From assembly GCA_965197585.1 (NCBI GenBank), contig OZ240215.1, positions 1,568,001 through 1,632,000 of the forward strand: DNA of 64,000 nucleotides, written 5' to 3'. The notes under the pieces were generated by a model that worked only from the letters and a program-made list of their open reading frames with translations, was not told the DNA's origin and searched no databases. The DNA comes from Dehalococcoidia bacterium. GTDB lineage: Bacteria > Chloroflexota > Dehalococcoidia > Plut-88900. This document shows positions 52,570 to 63,558 of this stretch, piece by piece. Numbering within the stretch: the stretch's first letter is position 1; each line of letters opens with the position of its first letter. The translations under genes and the position numbers were made by a program.

Positions 52570-53763
52570 TCACGGAATAACCCCCTCCCCCTTCATCCCC
52601 TCAATCTCATCCCAGGAATACCCACACTCCAGCAGCACCTCTTCCGTATGCTGCCCCGTCTCGGGCGCCGGCCCCCGAGCCCCATTCTCCGTCGCACTGA
52701 ACTTCACCGGAAAGTTAATCGTCCTGTACTCCCCAAACTCCGGGTGCTCCAGCGTCTCAAAAGCCCCAATCGCCTCGGCCTGCGGGTCCTCCGAGACCTC
52801 CATCAGGTTCTGGATCGGGGCCCAGATCACCTCGTTTTCGGTCAAGAGCGGGGCCCACTCATCCCGGGTCTTCGTCGCGAAAATCTTGTCGAACAATGCG
52901 TTTAGCTCAACGCAATGCTCTAGCAGTCCTTCCACCGTGGAGTACTCCGGCACATTCTCCAGGTCGGCAAGCCCCAGGGCCCGACACGTCCGCTGCCAGT
53001 AGGGGCAGGGATTTGGGTTCTCCAAGATCAACCACTTCCCGTCTTTTGCCTGGTACCAGTTCGTAATGGGACTTTCGTTCTCGTGGCGGTAGGGTCTGCG
53101 CTCAGCGTCTCGGCCATTCACCAAAGTCCTCTGCAGGTCAGCCCCGATAACCCACAGACCAGTGCCGAACAGCGACCCCGACACCTCCTGCCCCTCCCCC
53201 GTCCTCTCCCGGTAATACAGCGCACCCAGCACCCCCGCCAGCAGCCCCAGGGAAGTGGCGTGGTCTCCCATCCCGCCTCGCTGCAGGATGGGCGGTTCGC
53301 CCGGCCAACCCATCAGGTTCATGATACCCGACCGAGACCAGAATGCCCCGAAGTCCATACCTAGCCTGTCATATTGTGGCCCCTTCTCCCCGTATCCCGT
53401 GAAGGAAACATAGATAAGCCGGGAGTTGATGGCTTTCAAGTCTTCGTAGGTAACCCCAAACCTTCGCCTGCGTCTGGGCAGCAGGTTGGTCACGAACACG
53501 TCCACGCCCTTGGCAATCTTGTGCACTATCTCCTGCGACCGGGGATGGCCCAGGTCAAGCGCTATGTCCCTTTTGCCCCGATTGTCCTGTTCGAAAGCAT
53601 AGTTAACCGGGTCTCCAGCACGATACCCTCGCCACGGGTCTCCCCTGTGAGGCTCGACCTTTATGACGTCGGCCCCCAGGTCAGACAGCAGGGCCGCTGC
53701 CGCCGGCGCCGCCAGCCAGTTGGCTATTTCCAGGACCTTTATTCCATCAAGTATTCTGGTCAT
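52570..53763 (-). CDS. CaiB/BaiF family III CoA transferase
   Basis: LDGIKVLE, DLGADVIKVE, NRGKR, GQHTEEVL. Confidence 0.95.
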   Translation of the reverse strand: MTRILDGIKVLEIANWLAAPAAAALLSDLGADVIKVEPHRGDPWRGYRAGDPVNYAFEQDNRGKRDIALDLGHPRSQEIVHKIAKGVDVFVTNLLPRRRRRFGVTYEDLKAINSRLIYVSFTGYGEKGPQYDRLGMDFGAFWSRSGIMNLMGWPGEPPILQRGGMGDHATSLGLLAGVLGALYYRERTGEGQEVSGSLFGTGLWVIGADLQRTLVNGRDAERRPYRHENESPITNWYQAKDGKWLILENPNPCPYWQRTCRALGLADLENVPEYSTVEGLLEHCVELNALFDKIFATKTRDEWAPLLTENEVIWAPIQNLMEVSEDPQAEAIGAFETLEHPEFGEYRTINFPVKFSATENGARGPAPETGQHTEEVLLECGYSWDEIEGMKGEGVIP

Positions 53764-53863
53764 AGGTTAGAGATGTCCGAACTGCAAATGCCGGTCAAGT
53801 ATAATGGCCTCGGCAAACAAGCGACAACGCAGACTCCGACACCCCAGAAAGGGACGGCCAAAC

Positions 53864-54961
53864 ATGCTTATAGACGGCCACGCTTACATATTCGAGCCAA
53901 TGGACTCTGCCGCCGGATACCCGACCCTCGAGCAAAAGATGCAGGCGGTCCAGCAGGAACTGTCGATTCACCACCAACCCGTCTGGCGAGTCCGCGACCG
54001 AGCCCACGCCGACAACTCCGTCCTCGCCGACCCCGACTCCGGCGCCCTTCACGAAGTCTCTTGGGGCCGGGACAAGGACCGCCTGACCTGGACGTATGAG
54101 GGTGAGACTTACACCAAGCAGTACCTTCCGCCCATGCTCAACAACCTCGAAATGCCCCCCGAGCGTCTCATCGCCGAGATGGACTACGCCGGCGTCGACT
54201 TAGCAATTCTCCACAACGCCTCCCACCTGGGCCGCAACAACAAGCTCCACTCCGAGGCCACCTCCCAATACCCCGACCGCCTCAAGAGCCTCATGCACGT
54301 GCCCGAGACCGACATCCCCTCCGACCCATACGCCGCCTTAAAGGAAGTCGAGCATTGGCTTAACGCCGGTGGCGTATGCGGATTGCAATTCTTCACGCGC
54401 CCTTACTCGACCGGCGGCTTTGCGGAAAGCTGGAATATGGGCCCCATGCGCGAATTCTGGCAGGGCATCTCTACGCTTGGACTCCCCGTATACTTCACAG
54501 TACAACCTAGGGCTGGTCAGGCATTCGCAAAGTCCGGCACCGCAAGCTACCTCAGTGAACTCGATACGGTTCACGACTGGCTGGAAGATTATCCCAACCT
54601 CCCCGTCGTCCTTACCCATGGCCTTAGCTGGGGCAACTTCCGCCAGGACGACCGCATCATTCTCCCCGAAGCCGTCTGGCGTGTATTCGAATCCGACAAA
54701 TGTCACCTCCAACTCCTCTTCCCCATCCAACTCGGCGGCATCTGGCAGTACCCTTTCAAGAACGTCGAGCCAACCGTTGAAGAGATAGTTCAACGCATCG
54801 GGTCCGACCACGTCATCTTGGGCACCGACTTACCCATGGTCGCCCGATTCTGGACTTACCGACAAACCATCGACCAGTACCGCGTCCACTGCCCCTTCCT
54901 CTCCGACGAAGACCGAGCCAACATCCTCGGCGGAACCGTCGCCCGAATTCACAACCTTTAA
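53864..54961 (+). CDS. Amidohydrolase family protein (Amidohydro_2)
   Basis: IDGHAY (HxH variant), THG, GTDLP, ILGGT. Confidence 0.85.
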   Translation: MLIDGHAYIFEPMDSAAGYPTLEQKMQAVQQELSIHHQPVWRVRDRAHADNSVLADPDSGALHEVSWGRDKDRLTWTYEGETYTKQYLPPMLNNLEMPPERLIAEMDYAGVDLAILHNASHLGRNNKLHSEATSQYPDRLKSLMHVPETDIPSDPYAALKEVEHWLNAGGVCGLQFFTRPYSTGGFAESWNMGPMREFWQGISTLGLPVYFTVQPRAGQAFAKSGTASYLSELDTVHDWLEDYPNLPVVLTHGLSWGNFRQDDRIILPEAVWRVFESDKCHLQLLFPIQLGGIWQYPFKNVEPTVEEIVQRIGSDHVILGTDLPMVARFWTYRQTIDQYRVHCPFLSDEDRANILGGTVARIHNL

Positions 54962-54986
54962 ATACAACATCCTCCGGAGGACACCT

Positions 54987-56156
54987 ATGAACAATGGCTT
55001 CAAAGTCATGGACAGCGACATCCACGTCTCCGAGCCCCCCGACCTGTGGATCGACTACATCGACCCCGCCTTCCGAGACGTTGCCCCGCGCAAGATGTCC
55101 ATGAACGGCCGCTCCGAGACCTGGCACTGCCTTGGCAAGCCTCTCCCCGCCTTCATCGACAGGCCCGAACGCCAGCGTGGACTCGATATCCGCAACGAGA
55201 TCGCCCGTCAGAAAGCTGAAAGCGAAGGGATATACCAGCCCGAAAAGCACGAGTCCGGTAGCCCGGGCGTTGAGGAGGAAGAAGGCTCCCGCCCCGAGCA
55301 CATGCTCGAGGCAGTCAAGGTGGAAGGCCTGGACGCGGCCGTCTGTTTCCGTACCATGGCTGCCCACGTCATCGGCATCGACGACATGGACCCCAATATA
55401 GCCGCCGCCATATGCCGGGCCTTCAACCGCTGGCTCCGGGACTTCTGCGATGCGGACCCATCCGTCCTCAAGCTCGGCGCCCTAGTCCCCATGCACGATG
55501 TCAACCTCGCCGTCCGGGAAGCCGAGTTTGCGGTCAACGAACTCGGTGCCGTGACTCTCGTCCTACCCAGCAACCCCGTCCGCCAACTCCCCTGGTACGA
55601 CCCCTCCTACGAACCATTCTGGGCTGCAGCCCAATCCCTCGGAGTCCCCGTCTCATTCCATGGCATCCAGATGGCCTACCAGGACCATCTAGCCAGGCGT
55701 TACATGGACAACCACGCACTGGGCCACTCCGTTGCCCACCCCGTCGAAATGATATGCACCCTCGGCGCAATGATCACCGGCGGTGTCCTCGAAAGAATGC
55801 CCACCCTTAAGGCCGCCTTTCTGGAGGGCCACAGTAGCTGGGTCCCATGGTGGCTCTACTGCCTCGACGAGCACGAGGAAATGATGGGCGACAAAGACCG
55901 CTTTGGCCTCACCCGTGCCCCGAGTGAATATTTCCTCGAACACTGCTTCGTCTCCGTTGACCCCGACGAGGCCCTCGTCAAATACACCATCCAGGCCATA
56001 GGCTCCAGGAACCTGGTCATCTCCACCGACTGGCCCCACAACGACTCCGCCTACCCCCATGCCATCGAGACCTTCCTCTCCCTCGAAGACGTCCCCGAGT
56101 CCAGCCAGCGAGAAATCCTCTGGGACAACTGCGCCCGCCTGTACAACATCTCGTGA
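54987..56156 (+). CDS. Amidohydrolase family protein (Amidohydro_2)
   Basis: DSDIHVSEP, SFHG, FLEG, STDWPHND, NCARLY. Confidence 0.93.
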   Translation: MNNGFKVMDSDIHVSEPPDLWIDYIDPAFRDVAPRKMSMNGRSETWHCLGKPLPAFIDRPERQRGLDIRNEIARQKAESEGIYQPEKHESGSPGVEEEEGSRPEHMLEAVKVEGLDAAVCFRTMAAHVIGIDDMDPNIAAAICRAFNRWLRDFCDADPSVLKLGALVPMHDVNLAVREAEFAVNELGAVTLVLPSNPVRQLPWYDPSYEPFWAAAQSLGVPVSFHGIQMAYQDHLARRYMDNHALGHSVAHPVEMICTLGAMITGGVLERMPTLKAAFLEGHSSWVPWWLYCLDEHEEMMGDKDRFGLTRAPSEYFLEHCFVSVDPDEALVKYTIQAIGSRNLVISTDWPHNDSAYPHAIETFLSLEDVPESSQREILWDNCARLYNIS

Positions 56157-57151
56157 GTAAAACCTTCTTGCTGAATAAAGCCGGGATTACCGTCACGTCC
56201 GTAGTACTCGCCGTCCTGCTGATGTGTATCGCCTGTGGCCCGACACCCCCCGCCCTACCCCTCCTCGACGCCATAGACCAGGAGGATACGGATGTCGTCC
56301 GGGCCCACATGGAGATCGGCACAGACCCCGACAAGACATTCATCCCACCGGGCATCCCATTTGCCGGTGCCTCGGCCCTCCACGTTGCAGTCCTTAAGGA
56401 CAACCGAGAAATAGTCCAACTCCTCCTCGATAACGGCGCAGACATCGATATAAGGGCGCTGGACGATTCCAAGGGCTCACCTCTCGAATGGGCGGCCTAC
56501 TTCGGGCTCAAGGACATGGCCGTCTTCCTCGCTAAGTCGGGCGCATATATCAACGCCAGAAACGCTTACGGCACCACGCCCCTTGACGCCGCCTATGCCA
56601 ACAACCCCTTCATCCCCGAAGAGGATCGCAACCGGTTCAACGCAAACCGCGACCTCATAAGTGCATATCTGATTGAAAAAGGCGCACAGTCCACCACCCC
56701 GGTCCTCACCCTCTTGGACGCCATCGATCAGGACAACACCAACGCCGTACGTGCTCACATGGAGTCCGGTACAGACCCTGACAAGACTTTCATCCCGCCG
56801 GGACTTCCCTTCGCCGGCGCCTCAGCACTCCACGTCGCAGTCCTTAAAGATAACCGGGAGATCGTCCAGATTCTCCTCGACAACGGTGCAGACATCGACA
56901 TGCAGGCATCCGACGAATTCAAAGGCTCGCCTCTGGAATGGGCTGCCTTCTTCGGCATCAAGGACATGGCAGTCTTCCTGGTAGAGTCCGGCGCCGACAT
57001 CAACTCTAGGAACGCCTACGGCACAACCCCCCTCGACGCCACCTCATCAGACAATCCTTTCATTCCCGAAGAGGACCGCAAGCAGTTCGACGAAAATCGC
57101 TTCTTCTTAAGACAATACCTCTCCGAAAAAGGCACCCAGTCCGGCCGGTAA
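56153..57151 (+). CDS. Ankyrin-repeat lipoprotein made of two duplicated 150-aa units
   Basis: Lipobox IAC; SALHVAV, SPLEWAA, TPLDA; DNA units offset by 450 bp (56261 vs 56711). Confidence 0.92.
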   Translation: MSKTFLLNKAGITVTSVVLAVLLMCIACGPTPPALPLLDAIDQEDTDVVRAHMEIGTDPDKTFIPPGIPFAGASALHVAVLKDNREIVQLLLDNGADIDIRALDDSKGSPLEWAAYFGLKDMAVFLAKSGAYINARNAYGTTPLDAAYANNPFIPEEDRNRFNANRDLISAYLIEKGAQSTTPVLTLLDAIDQDNTNAVRAHMESGTDPDKTFIPPGLPFAGASALHVAVLKDNREIVQILLDNGADIDMQASDEFKGSPLEWAAFFGIKDMAVFLVESGADINSRNAYGTTPLDATSSDNPFIPEEDRKQFDENRFFLRQYLSEKGTQSGR

Positions 57152-57161
57152 ACCCCTCCCC

Positions 57162-58073
57162 CTACCCCCCACCAAACAGCGGAATAACCTCCCGCGCAAT
57201 CCTCTCCGGCATCTCCGCTGTCACTTCCTCCGGCCCTGACGGACTGAATATGAAGTGCTCGACCCCTGCATCCCGGTACTCCTGCATCCGAGCCACAATC
57301 TGCTCCGGCGTCCCCAAAAGCGCGTACCTCCGCACTATCTGATCGAATGACTGACCGTAGTCGCCCCCCAACGCCTGACTCGACATCCGGGCCGCCTCGT
57401 CATAGCTGTCGTCTATGCAGATTGGTACCCATACCGTCGGCTCTATCTCCTTCGGGTCCCGACCCACACCCTCGGCGATCTCTACAATCTGCTGCCACCC
57501 CTCCTTGAACAGTTCCGGCGAGTACATGTACGGAATCCACCCATCGCCGTACAGTGCCGTCCTCCGCACCGACTTCCTCCGCCCGCCGATGTAAATCGGC
57601 GGATGCGGTTTCTGCACCGGTTGCGGTTTCAGCCCCACGTCTTCCAGTTGATAAAACCGCCCGGAAAACGTCACTGACTCCTCAGTCCACAGCCGTTTCA
57701 TTAGCCGCATGATCTCGTTGGCCCTCGGCCCTCGCTCATTCACCGGCACACCCATTGCCTCGAACTCTTTCGTGTATTCCCCCCCAATCCCGATCCCGAA
57801 CTTAACCCTCCCCCCCGAAAGATGGTCCAGCGTGGTCACCGCCTTGCACATCAGTATCGGGTGCTTAAGGGGGATCAGTACTATCGCCGTGCCCAGCTCT
57901 ATGCGCTCGGTGACCGCGGCCGCAGCCGCCATCTGCATCAGGCTGTCCTGGATCGGGTGTCGCCACACGACGTGCTCTCCCGCCCACACCGAGTCGAAGC
58001 CCAGGTCCTCGGCCTTGCGCGCCTGCCCCGCGGGGTCTCCCCCACTCTCCTTAAGCGTAATCCCGAACTTCAT
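57162..58073 (-). CDS. LLM-class flavin/F420-dependent oxidoreductase
   Basis: AEDLGFDSVWAGEH, LDHLSGGR, PQPVQKPHPPIYIGG, GTPEQ. Confidence 0.94.
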   Translation of the reverse strand: MKFGITLKESGGDPAGQARKAEDLGFDSVWAGEHVVWRHPIQDSLMQMAAAAAVTERIELGTAIVLIPLKHPILMCKAVTTLDHLSGGRVKFGIGIGGEYTKEFEAMGVPVNERGPRANEIMRLMKRLWTEESVTFSGRFYQLEDVGLKPQPVQKPHPPIYIGGRRKSVRRTALYGDGWIPYMYSPELFKEGWQQIVEIAEGVGRDPKEIEPTVWVPICIDDSYDEAARMSSQALGGDYGQSFDQIVRRYALLGTPEQIVARMQEYRDAGVEHFIFSPSGPEEVTAEMPERIAREVIPLFGGG

Positions 58074-58089
58074 AGTAGGCGTTCGGGCC

Positions 58090-59454
58090 CTACCCCAGCT
58101 CCGAGCTCACGTCGCTTAGGATTTCGTTCAGATTGCTGACTATGTAGTCCACCTCATCCCTTGTCACACACAGTGGAGGACTGAGGAAAATCAGGTTGCC
58201 ACGCTGCCGAGTCAAGATGCTGTGCTTTAGGAAGCCCTTGGTCAGCTTCTCTCCCAGCCCCGAGTCTTCTGCAAACTTCTCCTTCGTGTTCCGGTCCTTC
58301 ACTATCTCCACCGCCGCCAGAAGCCCGAGACCCCCCCGCACGTCCCCGACTATCGGGTGCTCGTACAAGGTCTGAAGTTGCTCATACATGTAAGTGCCCA
58401 TCTCTGCGGCATTCTGCACCAGCCCCTCGCCTTCCAGGATGTCCAGGTTGGCCAGCGACGCCGCGCACGAAACAGGGTGACCGCCGAAGGTCAGCAGGTG
58501 TTTGAACGTCTTATCCTCACCTCCGATGAATGTGTCGGCCACCGACTTCCGAGCCACCGCCGCCCCTATGGGCAAGTATCCGCTCGAAAGGCCCTTGGCC
58601 ATCGTCATTATGTCCGGCTGCAGGTCCCAGTGCTCCGATGCGAACATCTTTCCCGTTCGCCCGAACCCCGTGATCACCTCGTCCACAATGAGGAGCACGC
58701 CGTATTTGTCGCATATCTCCCTGATCGTCGGCCAGTATTCGGGATGAGGCACCATCATAGTCGCCGCCGAAATCGGCTCCGCAATGATCGCCGCTACCGT
58801 CTCTGGCCCCTCGTGCAGTATCGCTCTCTCGAAGTCCCTGGCACACTCCACGTTACACTGACCGGCCATACTGCAGAACTGGCACCGGTAGTTGTTCGGC
58901 TGGGAAACGTGAATGTTCCCCGGGATCAGAGGCCCGAATCCGCTTGTGCCGGGGTATCCTCCCAGGCTCATCAGCGCGAACGTAGCCCCGTGATAGGAGT
59001 TCTGGCGGCTGATGATCTTGTACCGACCCTTGTCTCCCCTCACCTGGTGGTACGCCTTCGCCATCTTCAACGCCGATTCCACCGCCTCCGACCCACCGCT
59101 CACCATGAACACCCGAGACTCCTTGTCCCGTGACAAGCTAGCCAGCCTTGTGGCCAGCTTAAGCGCCGGAACGTTAGTCGTGTTCTCCGGCGAGTATGTG
59201 ATGTGCTGCATCTGCTCATACACCGCATCGGCTATCTCCGTCCGGCCGTATCCAATGTTCTTCAGCCACATCCCCGACAGTACGTCAATGTATTTCCTGC
59301 CATCCGTATCCTCTACCCAGCAGCCCTTCCCGTCTGCCATCACGTGGAGCCCGTCCTCCTTATCGAAGTCGGCTACCTGCTGAGAGTGAGGCCAGAAGTG
59401 ATCGCGGGCCATTTTTTTCAGCTCGTCTGCGCTGGGGGATTGGATAGACGCCAT
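58090..59454 (-). CDS. Class III PLP aminotransferase
   Basis: SGGSEAVE, SYHG, DEVITGFGRTG, AKGLSSGY. Confidence 0.94.
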   Translation of the reverse strand: MASIQSPSADELKKMARDHFWPHSQQVADFDKEDGLHVMADGKGCWVEDTDGRKYIDVLSGMWLKNIGYGRTEIADAVYEQMQHITYSPENTTNVPALKLATRLASLSRDKESRVFMVSGGSEAVESALKMAKAYHQVRGDKGRYKIISRQNSYHGATFALMSLGGYPGTSGFGPLIPGNIHVSQPNNYRCQFCSMAGQCNVECARDFERAILHEGPETVAAIIAEPISAATMMVPHPEYWPTIREICDKYGVLLIVDEVITGFGRTGKMFASEHWDLQPDIMTMAKGLSSGYLPIGAAVARKSVADTFIGGEDKTFKHLLTFGGHPVSCAASLANLDILEGEGLVQNAAEMGTYMYEQLQTLYEHPIVGDVRGGLGLLAAVEIVKDRNTKEKFAEDSGLGEKLTKGFLKHSILTRQRGNLIFLSPPLCVTRDEVDYIVSNLNEILSDVSSELG

Positions 59455-59596
59455 AACGTGACTCCTTTGGAGAGCATTCCTGAGACTTGTGGGTAACGGG
59501 CACAGCCCCAACTAATCGGGGCCTCTGGCCTCGATTCTATACCCGCCCGCGAGGCTCGGTCAAACCTGTGTACTCATTCGGTAGACTAGCGACACA

Positions 59597-60290
59597 CCGG
59601 GTTTTATTCAGTTGTGGGGTTTTGGGTGTTGGTTGTTTTGTTGGGGGGGTGGCGATGGAAGACGCCCGTTTGGCAGAGCTGCTTGTTCGTGGACTTGCAG
59701 CCAGTATGCCCTGATGCTAGATGGTATACACGGACAATTCTCGGGCCAGACGTCCGGCAGAGGCTCCTTATGGGGGCTGTATGCACGTGGGGGCATGTCA
59801 GGGCCAGGGATCCAGCTGTGCGAGGCCCCACAGCCTAACTAATAGTGTCCAAGTTCGCCGGAAAAGGACAGGAGCGAATATCCTCCGGGCACCCCCGCGC
59901 CGTAGCGCCAAACTCCAGCAATGCGGCCCGACGTTCGAGATGGTTCTCCATGGGGGTTAGGCGGTCCGCGGAGTGTATGCTCCGGTCACCCTTGATGCAA
60001 TCTCCCATGCAGGGAGCGGGGTGGGAGCGTGAAGGCCAGGGCGTCTTTCCATCGCCTGGGGGTCAGGGAAGGGTACACGGGACCCGGTGGGGATGAGGAG
60101 ATGGCGCCGGTCGCTTGTGCCGCGGGCCTGCGCGAGGGCCGTTGGGATAGGCTGAGGCGTTGAGTCCTCGGGTGGGGCCGGGTGGACTTCCCTAGTTTTT
60201 GGTTCCTCCTTAAGGTGGTTGAGGGTAGTGGTCGGGTCTAGACCTGGCTCCAATATAGAACATAAGTACTTACGATGTCAAGGGGGTGAT
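59597..60290 (-). repeat. Dispersed element copy 4 (inverted)
   Basis: Reverse complement matches copy 3 at the 5' block (AAGGAGGAACCAAAAAC...GCGATGGA) and the 3' block (CTTCCATCGCC...GAATAAAACCCGG). Confidence 0.85.
60252..60281 (-). promoter_or_regulatory. sigma70 promoter with LexA-type operator (element copy 4)
   Basis: Minus-strand TTGACA-18 bp-TATATT; AGAAC-ATAA-GTACT at 60257-60270. Confidence 0.8.
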
Positions 60291-60573
60291 GTTACCCCTC
60301 TATGTGAACGGGATCATCTGCCCCTCTCGTCCCCCTCTCCCTCATCCCCGTGCCCCGACATGTGAATCCATTCCACGGGCGGGGCCGCTCACTTGATCAT
60401 CCTTAGTCTGCTAAACGTTACAATTCCATTACATTGTTGGTGTTTCAGATAAACCTGTTGGGGTGTATTGAGGAACGGCGCTTCTCCCCGTCATTGTCCC
60501 TCTATCCTTCCCTGTGATATACTCGCAGACGCTAATTTTAAGGCTATACGGGAAGGGAAAGAGCAACCTAAAC

Positions 60574-61464
60574 ATGGTACAAGAGACCGTAACGGAAGCA
60601 CCAGCGGAAGCACAGGTAGAAGCGCCTCACCCCCAGGAGCAACGCCCTCCCGAGCCCGTGCCCGTAACCATGAAGCTGCTTCTCGAATCAGGCGTGCATT
60701 TCGGCCATCAGACTCGCCGTTGGCATCCCAAGATGAAGCGCTACATCTTCACCCAGCGCAACGGCATCCACATCATCGACCTTCAGCAGACCATTACAAT
60801 GCTCGACGACGCCTGCGATTTCATCCGCTCCATCGTCCTTGAAGGTGGCGAAATCCTCTTCGTCGGTACCAAGAAACAGGCCCAGGACGTAATACAGGAA
60901 GCGGCAGGCCGCTGCGGAATGCACTACGTCAACATACGTTGGCTCGGTGGCACCCTGACCAACTTCAACACTATCCAGTCCCGCATCGACCACCTGGTCC
61001 GACTCGAAGACCAGAAGGAGAAGGGCGTATTCGAGTCCCTCCCCAAGAAGGAGGCGCAGAAGCTCGAGGACAAGATCGTCCGTATGAACCGGCTCCTCGG
61101 CGGCATCAAGGAGATGACCAAGCTCCCCGACGCCGTATTCATCGTCGACCCCGGCAAGGAGGACATCGCCGTCAAGGAGTCCCGACGCGTTGATGTCCCC
61201 CTCGTAGCCATCGTGGACACGGACTGCGATCCTAATCTCATCAACCGCCCGATCCCCGGCAACGACGATGCCATACGTTCCATCAAGCTCATCAGCGGCA
61301 AAATCGCCGACTCCGTCCTTGAAGGTATTCAACTTCGCCAGAGGCTCGCCGAAGAGCAGCAGAAGGCCTACGAAGAGGCCATGGTAGAGCCGGAAGACGT
61401 TTCCCAAACCTTCGTATCCGAATCCGAATTTCAGGACTCCACCCCGTCCACCCCTCAGGAATAG
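60574..61464 (+). CDS. rpsB: 30S ribosomal protein S2
   Basis: [34 protein letters not shown]. Confidence 0.97.
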   Translation: MVQETVTEAPAEAQVEAPHPQEQRPPEPVPVTMKLLLESGVHFGHQTRRWHPKMKRYIFTQRNGIHIIDLQQTITMLDDACDFIRSIVLEGGEILFVGTKKQAQDVIQEAAGRCGMHYVNIRWLGGTLTNFNTIQSRIDHLVRLEDQKEKGVFESLPKKEAQKLEDKIVRMNRLLGGIKEMTKLPDAVFIVDPGKEDIAVKESRRVDVPLVAIVDTDCDPNLINRPIPGNDDAIRSIKLISGKIADSVLEGIQLRQRLAEEQQKAYEEAMVEPEDVSQTFVSESEFQDSTPSTPQE

Positions 61465-61467
61465 ACA

Positions 61468-61971
61468 ATGCCAATTTCAACCGATTCCATTAGAGACCTC
61501 CGGGAGCGTTCCGGGGCCGGTATCATGGACTGTAAGCGTGCCCTCGAAGCGACCGATGGCGCAATAGAAGCGGCCGAAAAGCTCCTCGCCCAGAAGGGCC
61601 TCGCCGTCGCCTCTAAGAAAGCAGGCCGCACCGCCGGTCAGGGACTCGTAGACTTCTACGTCCACTCCGGTGGCAAGCTCGGCGCCATGATCGAAGTAAA
61701 CTGCGAGACAGATTTCGTCGCCAGGACTGACCAGTTCAAGTCCCTGGCCCACGATCTCGCGATGCAAGTCGCTGCCATGAATCCCCAATTCGTCCGCGCC
61801 GACGAAATCCCCGAGGACTCCGCCTACTCCCCCGAGGAAGCAGCCCTCCTTTCCCAGACCTTCATTAGAGACCCCTCCAAGACTGTCCAGGACCTCGTCA
61901 ACGAGACCATAGGCCAAGTCCGCGAGAATATCCAGGTACGTCGCTTCACCAGGTTCGAGATCGGTAAGTGA
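61468..61971 (+). CDS. tsf: Elongation factor Ts (short form)
   Basis: [32 protein letters not shown]. Confidence 0.96.
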   Translation: MPISTDSIRDLRERSGAGIMDCKRALEATDGAIEAAEKLLAQKGLAVASKKAGRTAGQGLVDFYVHSGGKLGAMIEVNCETDFVARTDQFKSLAHDLAMQVAAMNPQFVRADEIPEDSAYSPEEAALLSQTFIRDPSKTVQDLVNETIGQVRENIQVRRFTRFEIGK

Positions 61972-62693
61972 CGGCACCTGCCAACCCCAAATACCGCCGC
62001 CTCCTCGTCAAGATCAGTGGCGAGGCCCTCGCCGGCAGTAAGGGTTTTGGCATCGATAACGCCACCGTCTCGCTCGTTGCGCGCCAGATAAAGGAAGCCA
62101 AGACCCCCGACTGCGAGATAGCTATGGTCGTCGGCGGCGGCAACATCTGGCGTGGCGCCGACGCAGCAGCCAACGGCATGGATCGGGCTACTGCTGACTA
62201 TGCAGGGATGCTCGCCACCGTCATAAACTCCCTCGTCATGCAGGACGCCCTCGAGAAAGAGGGGATTGTCACTCGGGTCCAGACCGCCCTGCCCATCCAG
62301 TCCGTCGCCGAACCCTACATTCGCCGACGCGCACTGCGGCACCTCGAAAAAGGCCGCGTTGTCATCTTCGCCGCAGGCACCGGCAACCCCTATCTCACGA
62401 CCGACACCACCGCCGCCCTGCGCGCCGTCGAAATTTCCGCCGACGTCGTCCTAATGGCCAAGAACGGCGTCGATGGCGTATACGAGGCCGACCCCAAGTC
62501 CCACCCCAACGCCAAAAAGCTCCCGACTCTAAAATACCTCGAAGCCCTCAACCTGCGCCTCGGAGTCATGGACAGCACCGCCCTCTCCCTCTGCCTCGAC
62601 AACGACATTCCAATCATCGTCTTCAACTTCCAGGCCCCCGACTCCCTCAAACGCATCATCCGCGGCGAACACGTCGGCACCCTAATCTCATAA
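61968..62693 (+). CDS. pyrH: UMP kinase
   Basis: [31 protein letters not shown]. Confidence 0.97.
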   Translation: MTAPANPKYRRLLVKISGEALAGSKGFGIDNATVSLVARQIKEAKTPDCEIAMVVGGGNIWRGADAAANGMDRATADYAGMLATVINSLVMQDALEKEGIVTRVQTALPIQSVAEPYIRRRALRHLEKGRVVIFAAGTGNPYLTTDTTAALRAVEISADVVLMAKNGVDGVYEADPKSHPNAKKLPTLKYLEALNLRLGVMDSTALSLCLDNDIPIIVFNFQAPDSLKRIIRGEHVGTLIS

Positions 62694-62967
62694 GCTATCC
62701 CCTCTCCTGTTGAGGCAGAGGATTAGGGCCGAAGGCTCGCTAAGGAGAGTGAGGGTGACCCCTCCCTCGTGGTTGCCCTCCCCGCCCGTCACAGACAATC
62801 AAAATTCATGCCTGTCCTCCGCAAACAATCAAACACAAACCTAATTGCTTCTGTTTGTCCGCACCTGACTTGACTGTAATATGTCAACTGATTCCCACCC
62901 CTTGCCCCTTCCACCCCCACGCTATTAAACTTGCCCCCATCACCTCTCCGCCTGGAAGGCTATTGCT

Positions 62968-63531
62968 ATGCCAGAAACCGACAAATTGCTAGAAGAAGCC
63001 GAACTTAAGATGGAGGACTCCGTCGATGCCATTGCAAGGAGCCTCGCCTCCATCAGAACAGGCCGGGCCAGCCCTGCCCTCATCGAGGGACTCCAGATCG
63101 ACTATTACGGTACCTCCGTTACTCTCAACCAGCTCGCCTCCATCTCCGTCCCGGAGGCCAGACTCCTCATGGTACAACCTTGGGACAAGCGCTCCATCCC
63201 CGCAGTCGAGAAGTCCATCCTCAAGGCCGACCTCGGCCTCAACCCGTCCTCCGACGGCGAGCTTATCCGAATCCCAATCCCCGCCCTCACCGACGAACGG
63301 CGCAGGGACCTCGCCAAGCTCGTCAGCCGACGGGTCGAGGAGGGACGCGTCAGCGTCCGGACCGCCCGACGCGAATCGGTGGACCAGGCGCGGTCACTGA
63401 AGAAGGCCAAGGAGATATCAGAGGACGAGGAGCGTCGCACCACAGAACAGCTTCAGAAACTCACCGACTCCTTCGTAAAGAGGATCACCGGCCTCGGCCA
63501 GGCCAAAGAGCAAGAGCTCATGGAAAGCTGA
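62968..63531 (+). CDS. frr: Ribosome recycling factor
   Basis: IRTGRA, DYYG, LGLNP, LTDERR. Confidence 0.97.
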   Translation: MPETDKLLEEAELKMEDSVDAIARSLASIRTGRASPALIEGLQIDYYGTSVTLNQLASISVPEARLLMVQPWDKRSIPAVEKSILKADLGLNPSSDGELIRIPIPALTDERRRDLAKLVSRRVEEGRVSVRTARRESVDQARSLKKAKEISEDEERRTTEQLQKLTDSFVKRITGLGQAKEQELMES

Positions 63532-63558
63532 TCCCCGCGTTCATTCACTGATGCTGTT

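Noticed and set aside
59558-59573. LexA box AAAC-CTGT-GTAC at the aminotransferase promoter
   Set aside because: Two mismatches, different position from the element boxes and no SOS rationale; may be chance
61468-61971. Truncated tsf pseudogene
   Set aside because: Short EF-Ts forms are known in several phyla, and both terminal motifs are intact
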